Shown: positions 10,457-20,412 of the stretch, in pieces
Position numbering within the stretch: position 1 is the first letter of the stretch
Layout: every line of letters begins with the position of its first letter
Source: an uncultured Actinomycetes bacterium
Lineage (GTDB): Bacteria; Actinomycetota; Thermoleophilia; UBA2241
Direction of reading: 5' to 3'
Length of the DNA stretch: 64,000 nucleotides
Assembly (NCBI GenBank): GCA_963725665.1
Contig: CAVRZA010000001.1
Span: 160,001 to 224,000 of the forward strand
Translations under genes and position numbers: made by a program
Notes under the pieces: model-generated
What the model was told of the DNA's origin: nothing
Seen by the model: only the letters and a program-made list of their open reading frames with translations
Database searches by the model: none

Positions 10457-11769
10457 GCGAAGACGTGAATCTCGACCAGGGTGTGTCAGAGCAACTGTAT
10501 GCTCGGGCTCTCAAGGTCATCCCCGCAGGTGTAAGCACCGACTACCGGCACGGAACCACCCCCACCTACTGGGCGGCGGCCAGCGGCTCCCACATGCGCG
10601 ACGTGGACGGCAATGACTACATCGACTACCTCTTGGGTCTCGGGCCTCACATTCTGGGGCACGCCCCGGATCCCGTTGTCCGCGCCGTGGCTGAATCCCT
10701 GGCTGACGGTCAGCTCTTCGCGGGCCAGCATCCCCGTGAGCTCGAGTTGGCCGAGCTGATCTGCAGCATAATCCCGAGCGCCGAACGCGTTCGCTTCTTG
10801 ATGACCGGAACCGAAGCTGTCGCGTTGGCGCTTCGCTTGGCTAGAGCGGCCACCGGTCGGCCCCTGATCGTCAAGTTCGAGGGCCACTACCACGGCTGGC
10901 AGGACGGCATCTTCGTCGGCTCCCATCCTGGTTACTACGGTCGAGGCTTCCCCGAGCAGAACGCAAAGTGGCCCGAATCAGGAGGCCAGCTCCCGAGCGC
11001 CTACGAGAATGTTGTCCTGCTTCCATGGAACGACGCTGCCGCGCTTGAGGCGTTCCTTGGCGCCCGCCTCGATGAAGTGGCCGGCGTCATCATGGAACCC
11101 GCCATGTGTAACTCCGCGGTGATCGAACCCAAGGACGGATATCTGGCCTCTGTTCGTAAGGCCTGCAATCGCTTCGGTTGCATCCTGATCTTTGACGAGA
11201 TCATCACTGGCTTCCGCGTGGGGCTCACGGGCGCCCAAGGGCACTACGGAGTCAGGCCGGACTTGACGACGTTCGGAAAGGCGATCGGGGGTGGATTCCC
11301 CATCTCATGTGTCGCCGGGCAGGCCGAAGTCATGGACCTTCTGGGGGATCCTCGGGTGACGAGAGATCATCCCTTGCCCATGCATGGGGGCACCTTCAAC
11401 AGCAACCTCCAGGCCGTGGTTGCGAGTCTCACCGCATTGCAGATCCTTCAGCGTCCCGAGACTTATCTACACCTGGACCACTTGGGCGCAACGCTTATGG
11501 AGGGGATGGATGAGCTCCTGACTGAGTCTGGAGTGCCACACGTCGTCCAGGGGTTCCCAACGGCCTTCTACGTCGACTTCAGCGACAGTGCTCCCCAGTC
11601 TCTTCGTGACATCGTGAGCCACGACCACCGCGCCTATCATGAGTTCGTGCGGAAGCTGAAGACGCGCGGTATCCTCACCCATCCGCGCGGCGTCTGGTAT
11701 CTGTCCACCGCGCATACCGAGGACGACATCGAGAGAACCCTGGATGCGTGTCGCGCTTCTCTCGCATGA
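10453..11769 (+). CDS. Class III PLP aminotransferase (GSA-aminomutase-like)
   Basis: DVDGNDYIDY, GTEA, KFEGHYHG, IFDEIITGFR, DLTTFGKAIGGG; GTG overlaps the upstream TGA. Confidence 0.9.
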   Translation: MSEDVNLDQGVSEQLYARALKVIPAGVSTDYRHGTTPTYWAAASGSHMRDVDGNDYIDYLLGLGPHILGHAPDPVVRAVAESLADGQLFAGQHPRELELAELICSIIPSAERVRFLMTGTEAVALALRLARAATGRPLIVKFEGHYHGWQDGIFVGSHPGYYGRGFPEQNAKWPESGGQLPSAYENVVLLPWNDAAALEAFLGARLDEVAGVIMEPAMCNSAVIEPKDGYLASVRKACNRFGCILIFDEIITGFRVGLTGAQGHYGVRPDLTTFGKAIGGGFPISCVAGQAEVMDLLGDPRVTRDHPLPMHGGTFNSNLQAVVASLTALQILQRPETYLHLDHLGATLMEGMDELLTESGVPHVVQGFPTAFYVDFSDSAPQSLRDIVSHDHRAYHEFVRKLKTRGILTHPRGVWYLSTAHTEDDIERTLDACRASLA

Positions 11770-12645
11770 GCGCCGAGGCCTCCGGTCTTGGCTCCTCCTT
11801 TGGAGCTCACGTATACCTTTGGGCCTCCGGTTCAAGCACCACGGAGCTTGACAGGGCGATTGGAGCAGCGGCGAGACTTGGCCTCGACTTCGTCCAGGTT
11901 TCGTTGTCGTCGCTTGACCTGGACCTGTCGGCTGTCAGGGCGTCGCTGGAGAGACACGGCATCGCATGTCTGAGCGGGCTGGCTGTTCCTCCTGGGGTGT
12001 GGTCGCTCCGCCGCGAGGGAGCCTTGCGCCGCTACCTCAAGGAGGCGCTAGAGGCCACGGCCAGACTCGACTGTGGAATCCTCAGCGGCGCACTCTATAC
12101 GCCAATGGGCGAGAAGAGCGACCCGAGCGAGCGACGAGGGGAGCTGAAGCTGCATCCGTGACGAACTGAAGCAGGCTGCTCAGTATGCTTCGACACTCGG
12201 TGTCAGGCTCGGGCTCGAACCCCTCAACCGCTATGAGACATCGCTGCTCAACACCTGTGAGCAGGTGTTGGACTTGATTGCCGAAGTAGACGAACCGAAC
12301 CTATTCGTCCACTTGGACACGTTCCACATGAACATCGAGGAGACGGACATCTACTCTGCCATCAGCCTCTCAAAAGGAAGACTCGGCTATGTGCAGCTTT
12401 CGGAATCGGATCGGGGCGTCCCCGGCGACGGTCATATCCACTGGGAGACCGTGTTCGAAGGGCTGCGTGATGCTGACTACCGGGGCCCACTTGCCTTTGA
12501 GTCATTCACCATCGACAACGCCGTTCTGGCAAAAGCGGCCTGTCTCTGGCGAGACGTCGTTGGCGACCCGGACTCGTTCGTCATACGCGGTCGTGCAAAG
12601 ATGCGTGCCATTGCCGAGAAGGTCGGGTACGAATTCCCGGAGTGA
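11766..12645 (+). CDS. D-psicose/D-tagatose 3-epimerase-like sugar isomerase (1-nt frameshift near 12153)
   Basis: Two frames join into one TIM-barrel protein with GLEPLNRYETSLLNT, HLDTFHMNIEE, ESDRGVPGDGHIHW, AFESF. Confidence 0.85.
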
Positions 12646-12681
12646 CTCTCTCCGGCTAGGTGGCTGTCTTGGTTCAGATAG

Positions 12682-13025
12682 TCAGTGCACCAGGTCTTCC
12701 TGTTCCAGCGGATCTGCCCGGCACCTACACGCTCGACTTCCAGTTGAAGCGCGAGTGGGAACCCGTCGTTCGGAGGAACGACACGTGGTCATCCAGATCG
12801 ACCCCGCGACGCCGTCGATGAGGACGAGGCGTCTTCGCGGTCGCCAGCCGACTTACGGGCGGTGCCGGTAGGCCCGAGGGGGCGCCGGACCCTTGAGCCG
12901 TCAGGCGGGCAGAGCGCCAGAGGCAGCGCACGAAGTTGCGCACGATGGTCGTGCAGGAGAGACACTGAGCCGCCAACGATCCGCACTCTATCCGGCGCAG
13001 ATCGTGCTCGAAGCGGGATTCTCGC
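12682..13025 (+). repeat. Degenerate direct repeat, copy 2 (decayed 3' ends of the chagasin and GATase genes)
   Basis: Collinear with 2556-2690 plus 2874-3087. Minus-strand translation contains CTTIVRNFVRC, as at the GATase C-terminus. Confidence 0.92.
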
Positions 13026-13106
13026 CCCTCCAAGGGCCGGGGAACGCCTCGCTGAGGTGTAGGGTTCGGAGCGAGACCTACAACGTGGACTGCCGTGTAG
13101 GGGGGA

Positions 13107-14384
13107 ATGGCCAGCCCTTTTGCGGCGAGTAGCGGAGGTAAGGGCACGGGCGAGCAGGTGGACGTTGTTGTGATCGGCGCCGGGCAGGCGGGGCTGGCCA
13201 CAAGCCACGAGCTGACCCGGGCCGGCGTCGAGCACCTGGTTCTTGAGCGTAGGCGCATTGGCGAGACGTGGCGAGGCCGCTGGGAGAGCTTCTGCCTGGT
13301 CACACCCAACTGGAGCGTGCAGCTCCCAGGGCGCGGCTACGACGGTGACGACCCAGACGGCTACATGCCCCGGGACGAGATCGTCGCCTACCTCGAGCGC
13401 TATGCGGCCACCTTCACGGCGCCGGTCCGCGAGGGGGTCGAGGTGAAGTCGCTCAGACGGCTCGCGGGCGAGGACGGCTATCTCCTCGATGCCTCAGGCG
13501 GTCCGCTTGAGGCACGGACCGTTGTCGTGGCTACCGGCGCTTATCAGAAGCCCCATCGCCCGGTTGGGGCCTCGTCCCTTCCTGCGGGACTCCTCCAGAT
13601 CGACGTCGAGGAGTACCGCTCGCCCACGTCGCTGCCGGAGGGCAAGGTGCTCGTCGTGGGCAGCGGGCAGTCGGGCTGCCAGCTTGCTGAGGAACTGCAC
13701 GAGTCTGGGCGCGAGGTGTACCTGTCCTGCGGTCGTGCGCCCTGGGTCCCGCGACGGCTGGGCGGTCGCGATATCGTGTGGTGGCTCGTCGAGTCGGGGA
13801 TCTTCGACCAGCCCGTTGATTCCCTGCAGTCGCCGACCGCGAGACTCATCTCAAACCCGCTCGCAACTGGCCACGGCGGCGGCCACGATCTGCACCTGCG
13901 CACACTTCAGGCGATGGGGGTCACGCTCACCGGACACTTCCTAGACGCGACGGGGCGCGAGGCGAGGTTCGCGCCGGATCTGGCGGAGAGCCTCGCCTGG
14001 GGGGACGCGCGCTACCGCGAGTTCATGGACGTCTTCCGCAAGCTCGCGGCGGAGCGCGGTCTCGAGCCGCCGGAGGTCAGCGAGCCCGGTCCCTTCGACG
14101 CTCGAGCGCCCGAACGACTCGACCTCTCCGGCCTCGGCGCCGTGATCTTCGCCGGCGGCTTCCGCCCCGACTACCGCTCCTGGCTCCCGTGGACAGACGC
14201 GTTCGACGACCTCGGCTTTCCCCTGCAGCGAGACGGCGTGAGCACCAACATCCCCGGGCTGTACTTTGTCGGCGTCCACTTCCTGCGAAAGCGCAAATCA
14301 TCGCTGCTGTACGGCGTAGGAGAAGATGCCCATATCGTCGCGGACACGATTGCCGACCGCATGAGGAGGGCTCACACGGCCTAG
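13107..14384 (+). CDS. FAD/NAD(P)-dependent flavoprotein monooxygenase-like oxidoreductase
   Basis: VIGAGQAGL, WRGRWESFCLVTPNW, VVATG, VVGSGQSG, PGLYFVG...GVGEDA. Confidence 0.88.
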   Translation: MASPFAASSGGKGTGEQVDVVVIGAGQAGLATSHELTRAGVEHLVLERRRIGETWRGRWESFCLVTPNWSVQLPGRGYDGDDPDGYMPRDEIVAYLERYAATFTAPVREGVEVKSLRRLAGEDGYLLDASGGPLEARTVVVATGAYQKPHRPVGASSLPAGLLQIDVEEYRSPTSLPEGKVLVVGSGQSGCQLAEELHESGREVYLSCGRAPWVPRRLGGRDIVWWLVESGIFDQPVDSLQSPTARLISNPLATGHGGGHDLHLRTLQAMGVTLTGHFLDATGREARFAPDLAESLAWGDARYREFMDVFRKLAAERGLEPPEVSEPGPFDARAPERLDLSGLGAVIFAGGFRPDYRSWLPWTDAFDDLGFPLQRDGVSTNIPGLYFVGVHFLRKRKSSLLYGVGEDAHIVADTIADRMRRAHTA

Positions 14385-14461
14385 TCCAAGGCCGTGCAAA
14401 GCGCGTCCATTCACTTTCCTGCCGGACGCTTCACCCCAAGGGAGAATCCTGCTGCCCAGGT

Positions 14462-14493
14462 CGTTGCCGGCCCTAACGTTGCCGGCCCTAACG
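14462..14493. repeat. 15-bp tandem duplication
   Basis: cgttgccggccctaa twice, plus cg, between convergent genes. Confidence 0.8.
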
Positions 14494-14514
14494 AAGGCCC
14501 GCCCGACAGCCCGC

Positions 14515-16491
14515 CTAGTGATCGGTGCTGCTGACCCCCGCCGGCGCGGCTCGCTTCGACGCCTTCTTGCGCCCCTCTGCGCTCAAGACAGCCTTGCGCA
14601 TGCGGATCGACGCCGGCGTGACCTCGACGAGCTCGTCGGCGGCGATCCACTCCAAGGCCGACTCAAGCGTGACGGGACGCGGGACCTTGAGGCCGGCGTC
14701 GATCTCCTTGGTCGACTGCCGGTAGTTGCCCATCTGCTTCTTCTTGGTCGGGTTGCAGAGCATGTCGTCCCCGCGTGAGTTCTCGCCCACGATCATGCCC
14801 TCGTAGACGCGGTCCATGGGCGAGATGAAGAGACTGGCCCGGTTCTGCAGGTTCTCGAGCGAGTACGAGGCCGCCTCCCCCGCCGCCTGGCTCACCAGTG
14901 AACCACGGCTGCGGGCTGGCAGCTCGCCGCGCCAGGGACCGTAGCCGACGAAGCGCGCCGCCATCACGCCGAGACCCCTCGTTTCGGTGAGGAAGTCGGA
15001 GCGGTAGCCGATGAGGCCGCGCGTCGATATGCGGAACTCGAGGCGCATGATGCCGGTGCCAGTGGCCTGCGCCCCCACGAGCTCGCCCTTGCGCAGCGAG
15101 AGCTCCTGGATGACCGTGCCCTGGTACTCTTCGGGCACGTCGATGACGAGCTGCTCCATCGGCTCGAGCAGCCTGTCGTGCGCATCGCGGTGGGTGATCA
15201 CCTCTGGGCGCGAGACGCAGAGCTCGATGCCCTCGCGGCGCATCTCCTCGATGAGGATCGCCAGGTGCAGCTCGCCGCGGCCCGACACCTTGACGCCGTC
15301 GGGGCGCCCCAGGTCTTCGACGCGGAGGGCGACGTTGACGCGCACTTCTCGCGCGAGCCGCTCCTTGATCTGGCGCAACGTCACGGCGCGGCCGTCCTCA
15401 CCCGCGAAGGGGCCGTTGTTGACGAGGAAGAGCATGGCCACCGTGGGCTCCTCGATCTCGAGCGGCGGCAGGGCAGCGTGTTCGAGATCGATGGCCGAGA
15501 GCGTGTCGCCGATCGTGATCTCGTGGGGGCCGGCGAGCCAGACGACGTCGCCGGCCGCGACCTCCTCGACCTCGCGACGCTCGAGACCACGCGTCACCCA
15601 CAGGTGGGACGAGCGCGCCGGCTCGCTGCCGGCGACCTCCCAACCCGCCTCGGGGTCGCCGAGGTCGAGCCGGCGCGTCGTCGTGCGCCGCAGCTCGTCG
15701 CCCACCCGGTGTGTGCCCTGCAGCACGCGGCCGCAGCCGATGCGCCCGATGTAGTCGCTCCAGGCGAGCGTCGAGACCTGCATGAGGAAGGGCGCGTCGC
15801 GCTCGACCTCAGGCGCCGGCACCTTGGCGACGATCGTTTCGAAGAGGTCCTTCATGCCGGCGCCGGCGAGCTCGGCGAGCACCTCCGGTGAGAGCGCGCC
15901 GAGCTCGCCGGCGCGCTCGTGCTCGGCGCGGTCGATCTCCTCGCGCCGGTACTCGTCGAGGTCGGCGACGATCCACCCCTCGAGGCCCGAGCCGTAGAGC
16001 ACGGGGAAGTCGAGCTGCTCGTCGTCGGCGCCCAGCTCGACGAAGAGGTCGAAGGTCTTGTCGAGGGCGCCCGACGGGTCGGCATTGGGCCGGTCGGCCT
16101 TGTTGACGACCACGATCGGCCGCAAGCCGAGGCGCAGCGCGCGCATGAGCACGTAGCGCGTCTGCGGCATCGGCCCTTCGTTGGCGTCGACGAGCAGCAG
16201 CACCGAGTCGACCATGCTCAGCACGCGCTCGACCTCGCCTGAGAAGTCGGCGTGGCCGGGCGTGTCGATGATATTGATGAGGTAGTCCTGCCACTCGACC
16301 GTGCAGTGCTTGGAGCGGATCGTGATGCCGCGCTCGCGCTCGAGATCGGCCGTGTCCATGACGCGCTCCTCGACGAGGGCGTTCTCGCGGAAGACGCGCG
16401 TGGCGCGGAAGATCGCGTCGATGAGCGTCGTCTTGCCGTGATCGATGTGGGCGATGATGGCCAGGTTGCGGATCTTCTCGCTGGGGTGCAC
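14515..16491 (-). CDS. typA: Translational GTPase TypA/BipA
   Basis: [79 protein letters not shown]; likely GTG start at 16491. Confidence 0.95.
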   Translation of the reverse strand: MHPSEKIRNLAIIAHIDHGKTTLIDAIFRATRVFRENALVEERVMDTADLERERGITIRSKHCTVEWQDYLINIIDTPGHADFSGEVERVLSMVDSVLLLVDANEGPMPQTRYVLMRALRLGLRPIVVVNKADRPNADPSGALDKTFDLFVELGADDEQLDFPVLYGSGLEGWIVADLDEYRREEIDRAEHERAGELGALSPEVLAELAGAGMKDLFETIVAKVPAPEVERDAPFLMQVSTLAWSDYIGRIGCGRVLQGTHRVGDELRRTTTRRLDLGDPEAGWEVAGSEPARSSHLWVTRGLERREVEEVAAGDVVWLAGPHEITIGDTLSAIDLEHAALPPLEIEEPTVAMLFLVNNGPFAGEDGRAVTLRQIKERLAREVRVNVALRVEDLGRPDGVKVSGRGELHLAILIEEMRREGIELCVSRPEVITHRDAHDRLLEPMEQLVIDVPEEYQGTVIQELSLRKGELVGAQATGTGIMRLEFRISTRGLIGYRSDFLTETRGLGVMAARFVGYGPWRGELPARSRGSLVSQAAGEAASYSLENLQNRASLFISPMDRVYEGMIVGENSRGDDMLCNPTKKKQMGNYRQSTKEIDAGLKVPRPVTLESALEWIAADELVEVTPASIRMRKAVLSAEGRKKASKRAAPAGVSSTDH

Positions 16492-16615
16492 GGGGTTCGC
16501 AGCCTCTCTGGGTCGGCGATGGAGGCCTGATGCACGGGGGAGGCCTTGCGTCCAGTGTACACGGCGCGCAGCGGCGACTCCCACGTCACTGGCTCCGAAT
16601 CCGGTGAGCCAGCGG

Positions 16616-17536
16616 CTAGTGCGCGAAGGTCAGGGGGACGACGATGACGTTGATGCGCGATCCGTCGGCCATGGAGGTCTCGTAGGCCACCAGCCGGCCG
16701 CGCTCCCCCCTGCGGCGTGAACGACAGGCGCAGGCGGAACGTGCCTCGCGTTCCGCTCCCCGAAGTCGCCATCACCCGCTGCTTGACCAGCTTCGTGCCG
16801 CCTGGCGTCTGCACCTGAAGCCAGAAGACGGCCTCGAACGTGTTGGCGGTGCCCCAGACGAGCAAGGGACTCTTCACCGTCTCGCCGACGGTCGGCGACT
16901 CGACGAAGATGGCCGGCGTGAACTCCTCGAAGGAGGCGCGGCTCACCGGCTTCGTGAAGTCGATGCCGCTGCCCTCTACGGCCAGCGGGTCGCCGTTCTG
17001 CAGGAAGCGCACGCGGCTCGCCAGTTGCTTTCCTATAGTGAGACAGCGAGTGGTCTGCTTTGGCTGACAGAGATTGACATCTACCATGCTGAACTGGGTG
17101 GCCGTGTAGGTGAGCTGCGCGAGGCGCTGCAGGGTGCGTTGCACGCCGCCGGCCACCAAGCCCCCGCCCACATCGACCACAGCGGTGCCGCCGTTCATGC
17201 TGACGCCGAGAATGCCAAGGTCGCCGGGGACGGCCGAAGAGAGGCCCGCCGCCTGCTCGACGGCGGTCGGTCCCGCCAGGAGCTGCCTGAGAGCCGCGAC
17301 CGCCACCCCTTGCGTCTGCGGCACGCTGCGGTGAGCGGCCGCCACCTTGCCGTCGCGCAGGAAGTACACGGAGAGCTGCGTGGTCGGCGTGGACGTGACG
17401 CGGTCGTCGGTGAGCCGGAGGGGGTGATGGTGGCGCTCGGCGACGGCGAGGCGGTGCCGCCACAGGCGGCCGCGATCGCCATCAGCATCGCGGCCGCAGC
17501 CACGAGTGCACAGGCCCGGAGCCGACTGCCATTCAC
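16616..17536 (-). CDS. GerMN-domain plus Gmad2 Ig-like lipoprotein (frameshifts near 17394 and in the G6 run at 16705-16710; in-frame insert at ~17021-17088)
   Basis: AAAC lipobox; VYFLRDG...ALRQLLAGPT...LAQLTYTATQF (GerMN); IFVESP...GTANTFEA...SGSGTRGTF...VAYETSMADGS (Gmad2). Confidence 0.8.
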
Positions 17537-17710
17537 GGTGCACCTTCCCCAGTCTCGAGGGCATGCCCGACAATCTCAAGCATACCCAGTGGGACGTCCT
17601 GGCATGATGGTGCGACCGTGCCGTGCCCGCAGATTCGGGCAAGGCTAGCGGCGAGCCGTCGGTCTGAGTACAAGCGCGGCCGTGTGGCCGCCTGTGCTAC
17701 AGTGCTGAGC

Positions 17711-18616
17711 GTGGATCGTCGTCTCCTACCGCTCGTCCTCGCCGCCCCGCTGGCGCTGGCGCTGCTCGCTACGGCCTGCGCCGCGCCGGCGCCGGGGACG
17801 TTCGGACCCTCCGCGGTGGGGGCGGCGACGGTGCAGAGCGACTGGCAGCACACGCTGCAGGTGGTGGCCAATGTCAGGGCGAAGCCGCCGAGCCTTCCCG
17901 TCGTGTACCTGCTCGGCGGGTCCGTGGCCCGGGAGTGCATCATCAGCGAGGCCAGCTGGGCGGCGGCGGTGCGGGAGGCAGGCGGGCCCGCCGCCCTCAC
18001 CTACGATCTGGCGTCCGGCGACCGCAGCGCCGCCGAGGACCTGACGCTGGTGCGGGAGTTGCCCCGCGTGCCCGCCATCGTCCTCATCAGCGTGAACGTG
18101 GGCCGCTTCACGCGAGCGCCGTCCGCGCCGAGCATCAGGCTGCCGGCGCCGTCCTCGCGGTTGCCCGCCTGGCGGCAGCACCGCTACTCCAACCCGCTCA
18201 GCCCATCGGCGAAGAAGGCGCAGGTCACGACATGGATGCAGCGCCGCTACCCGCTGTTCGTGCGCTACTACTCGTTCAACCTCGGCAGGCTCGAGCAGCT
18301 CATTAAGGCCTGCCAGGCGAAGGGTCTCCGACCGGTGCTGCTCGACCTGCCACGCAACCGCGAGATCATCGGCGCGGCGATGGATGCTCCCGTGACCCGC
18401 TACCACCGTAGCTGCCAAGCCCTGGCCGACAAGTACGGTATCCCGTGGGTCAACCTCGTAGCGGCCGCCAAGCTCGCCAACCGCGACTTCCGCGATCTCT
18501 GGCATCTCATCGGGACGGGCCGCGCGAAGTGGCAGTCGCTGCTCGCTGCGAAGACCGCTGCCCTCCTCGACAAGTACGGGATGGGCTCCTCGCCCACGCG
18601 CACGGCGTCGCCGTAG
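17711..18616 (+). CDS. Putative lipoprotein with SGNH-hydrolase-like motifs
   Basis: LATAC lipobox, VYLLGGS and FRDLWHL (DxxH). Extended -10 tgctacagt sits 7 nt before GTG 17711, suggesting a leaderless start. Confidence 0.55.
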   Translation: MDRRLLPLVLAAPLALALLATACAAPAPGTFGPSAVGAATVQSDWQHTLQVVANVRAKPPSLPVVYLLGGSVARECIISEASWAAAVREAGGPAALTYDLASGDRSAAEDLTLVRELPRVPAIVLISVNVGRFTRAPSAPSIRLPAPSSRLPAWRQHRYSNPLSPSAKKAQVTTWMQRRYPLFVRYYSFNLGRLEQLIKACQAKGLRPVLLDLPRNREIIGAAMDAPVTRYHRSCQALADKYGIPWVNLVAAAKLANRDFRDLWHLIGTGRAKWQSLLAAKTAALLDKYGMGSSPTRTASP

Positions 18617-18655
18617 TCCCCGACCGTCACGCCGCGCACCGCTGCACCGGGATCC

Positions 18656-19135
18656 TCAAGCCGCAGCAGCCGTCGCCAGTGATCCACTCGATTCCAGGGA
18701 CTTCTTCAGGGCTCTTACGGTCCTTCTTCGCTCCCCCCGGCCGATGATGATGACCATCGGCCTCATCACCCGGAAGATGCCGTGCAACTCCGACTCTGCG
18801 ACGTGATGCACCGCGGTGCCCTCAGGGACCGGCACGAACTCGTACCGCAGACGCGCCTCGACGACTGGGCTGCGAAACCAGCGCAGCGTCTCCTCGAAGA
18901 CAACCCGTGATGGCCTCTCAAACTCGACGATCTGGCCGCGAAAGGTCCCCATTCTGCCTTGATCGATGAACGTTGTGCCCAAACCCACGGGCCCATTGGA
19001 TGTCTGGCTGCTCCTCTTGAACACACCGGTGCGGGGCATCCAGTCCGAATAGTGCGACAGGTCGATCGCTCGCTCGAACACCTGCTCGACTGGACGCTCG
19101 ATGACTTCATCGACCTCTACTCTCACTGCGCTCAT
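18656..19135 (-). CDS. SRPBCC/START-domain protein
   Basis: VIERPVEQVF...W.P...GPVGLGTTF...IVEFERPSRVVF...LKKSLE; RBS aaggag. Confidence 0.85.
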   Translation of the reverse strand: MSAVRVEVDEVIERPVEQVFERAIDLSHYSDWMPRTGVFKRSSQTSNGPVGLGTTFIDQGRMGTFRGQIVEFERPSRVVFEETLRWFRSPVVEARLRYEFVPVPEGTAVHHVAESELHGIFRVMRPMVIIIGRGERRRTVRALKKSLESSGSLATAAAA

Positions 19136-19451
19136 CGTTGACTCCTTGCTTGGTTCACGTCCATTGACAATCTCCCCGTATGCCCCTGCACTCGTCATTC
19201 AACGCTGTTTCAGCGACTCGCGGACGACCCATGCGGCAATGATTCGATCCGCCCCAGGACTTGGCTGAGACGCAGCAGATGAGCCGCGAGGGCGGGGCAA
19301 CAGCTGAGGCGACGAGCCCCTGGGGGCGAGCTCAGGCAACCCTTCAGCCTATCGAGACAGGCTCACGGGTTCACCGCTCCCACACAACTGACAAGGGAAT
19401 GCGACCGGGCGGGTATCGCATGCAAGGCGCTTCGGTCAGAATAGAGCCAGG

Positions 19452-20006
19452 ATGAGTCGCAGCAGGTCGAACAAGCGGCAGCCGTCCGGGCAGGCTCCCG
19501 GCCGGACATCGCGTCCTCAGCCGGGCGCCCGCGCGATCCGCACCATCAGCTTGCTGGTGCTCGTGTGCGTGGTCTCCGTTGTGGCTTTGCTGATGGTCAT
19601 CTCGCTCGTCGGGTTCGTGGTCAGGCCCGACCCAGCGGTGAGGGCGGGTCCCATGTACGTGACGCTCACGCTTACCACGGGCGCCGCGCTGCTCATGCTG
19701 GTCCTGGCGCTCAACGCCTCGTTCCTGCCCTTCATGTCCCGCCAACGGGTGTCCGACCTGCAGCTCGTCATGCTGGCGATGGCCGTCACTGGTGTCGTGA
19801 CCGGCCTGTTGACCGTCGGAGGAGAGGCCAACGCCTTCGTCAAGCGCCTCATCCTCGGCGGCATCGCGTTCATATTCATCACGATGCAGAACGCCCGTCT
19901 GGCTCGGGCCCGCGAGGCGGGCCCTGCGGGGCAAGCAGGGCAACCTACTCCGCAGGTGCAGCCGCACCCCCGGAGCCGACAGCGGCGCGGAGGGCGGAAG
20001 CAGTGA
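19452..20006 (+). CDS. Hypothetical membrane protein (~4 TM)
   Basis: Four hydrophobic segments, genome-typical codon use. Confidence 0.7.
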   Translation: MSRSRSNKRQPSGQAPGRTSRPQPGARAIRTISLLVLVCVVSVVALLMVISLVGFVVRPDPAVRAGPMYVTLTLTTGAALLMLVLALNASFLPFMSRQRVSDLQLVMLAMAVTGVVTGLLTVGGEANAFVKRLILGGIAFIFITMQNARLARAREAGPAGQAGQPTPQVQPHPRSRQRRGGRKQ

Positions 20007-20037
20007 CCGGGCATGCGACGTCACCGGGCTGCAAGAC

Positions 20038-20412
20038 TTGAGCGAACCTGGCTCTCCGAACCCGATGGATCACTCCGCCTCGGCCCGCAAGCTGATCTCG
20101 ACGGCGCCGTGGACGTTCTTCGGGGTGCCGGGCTGCAGTGCCTTGGACGACCTCGACGCGCAGGTGGCGTTCCTGGGCGTGCCCTTTGACGCCGGGACTC
20201 CCCAGCCCGGTATCCCCACCGGCCAGGCGGCCGGGCCCAGCGCCGCACGTCTCGCTTCCCGGGACCAGTTCTCCTATGGCGACAGCGGATCGCTGGGGTG
20301 GTACGACGTCGAGACCGACCGCGATCGCCTCGTCGGGGTGACGATGGCCGACGTCGGCGATGTCACGATCCAGGGGGCCCAGCTCGAGTCCAACTTCAGC
20401 CGCATGACCGCG
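20038..20412 (+). pseudogene. Agmatinase/ureohydrolase N-terminal fragment
   Basis: TFFGVP...VAFLGVPFDAGT...G..AGPSAAR...ADVGDV. Ends before the GGDH and DAHxD metal motifs, running into antisense livF. Confidence 0.8.

Noticed and set aside
10453-11769. Calling this gene hemL
   Set aside because: No heme genes nearby and it sits in a transport/catabolic operon; family-level call only
14462-14493. attC-like CCTAAC cores or a mini-CRISPR
   Set aside because: Only two adjacent 15-bp copies with no spacers, no paired GTTRRRY site, and no integrase or cas gene
17032-17047. Match to the T7 promoter end (CTCACTATAGG) or Nextera end (GAGACAG)
   Set aside because: Only 11 and 7 nt match and the flanking bases disagree; not enough to call vector or adapter
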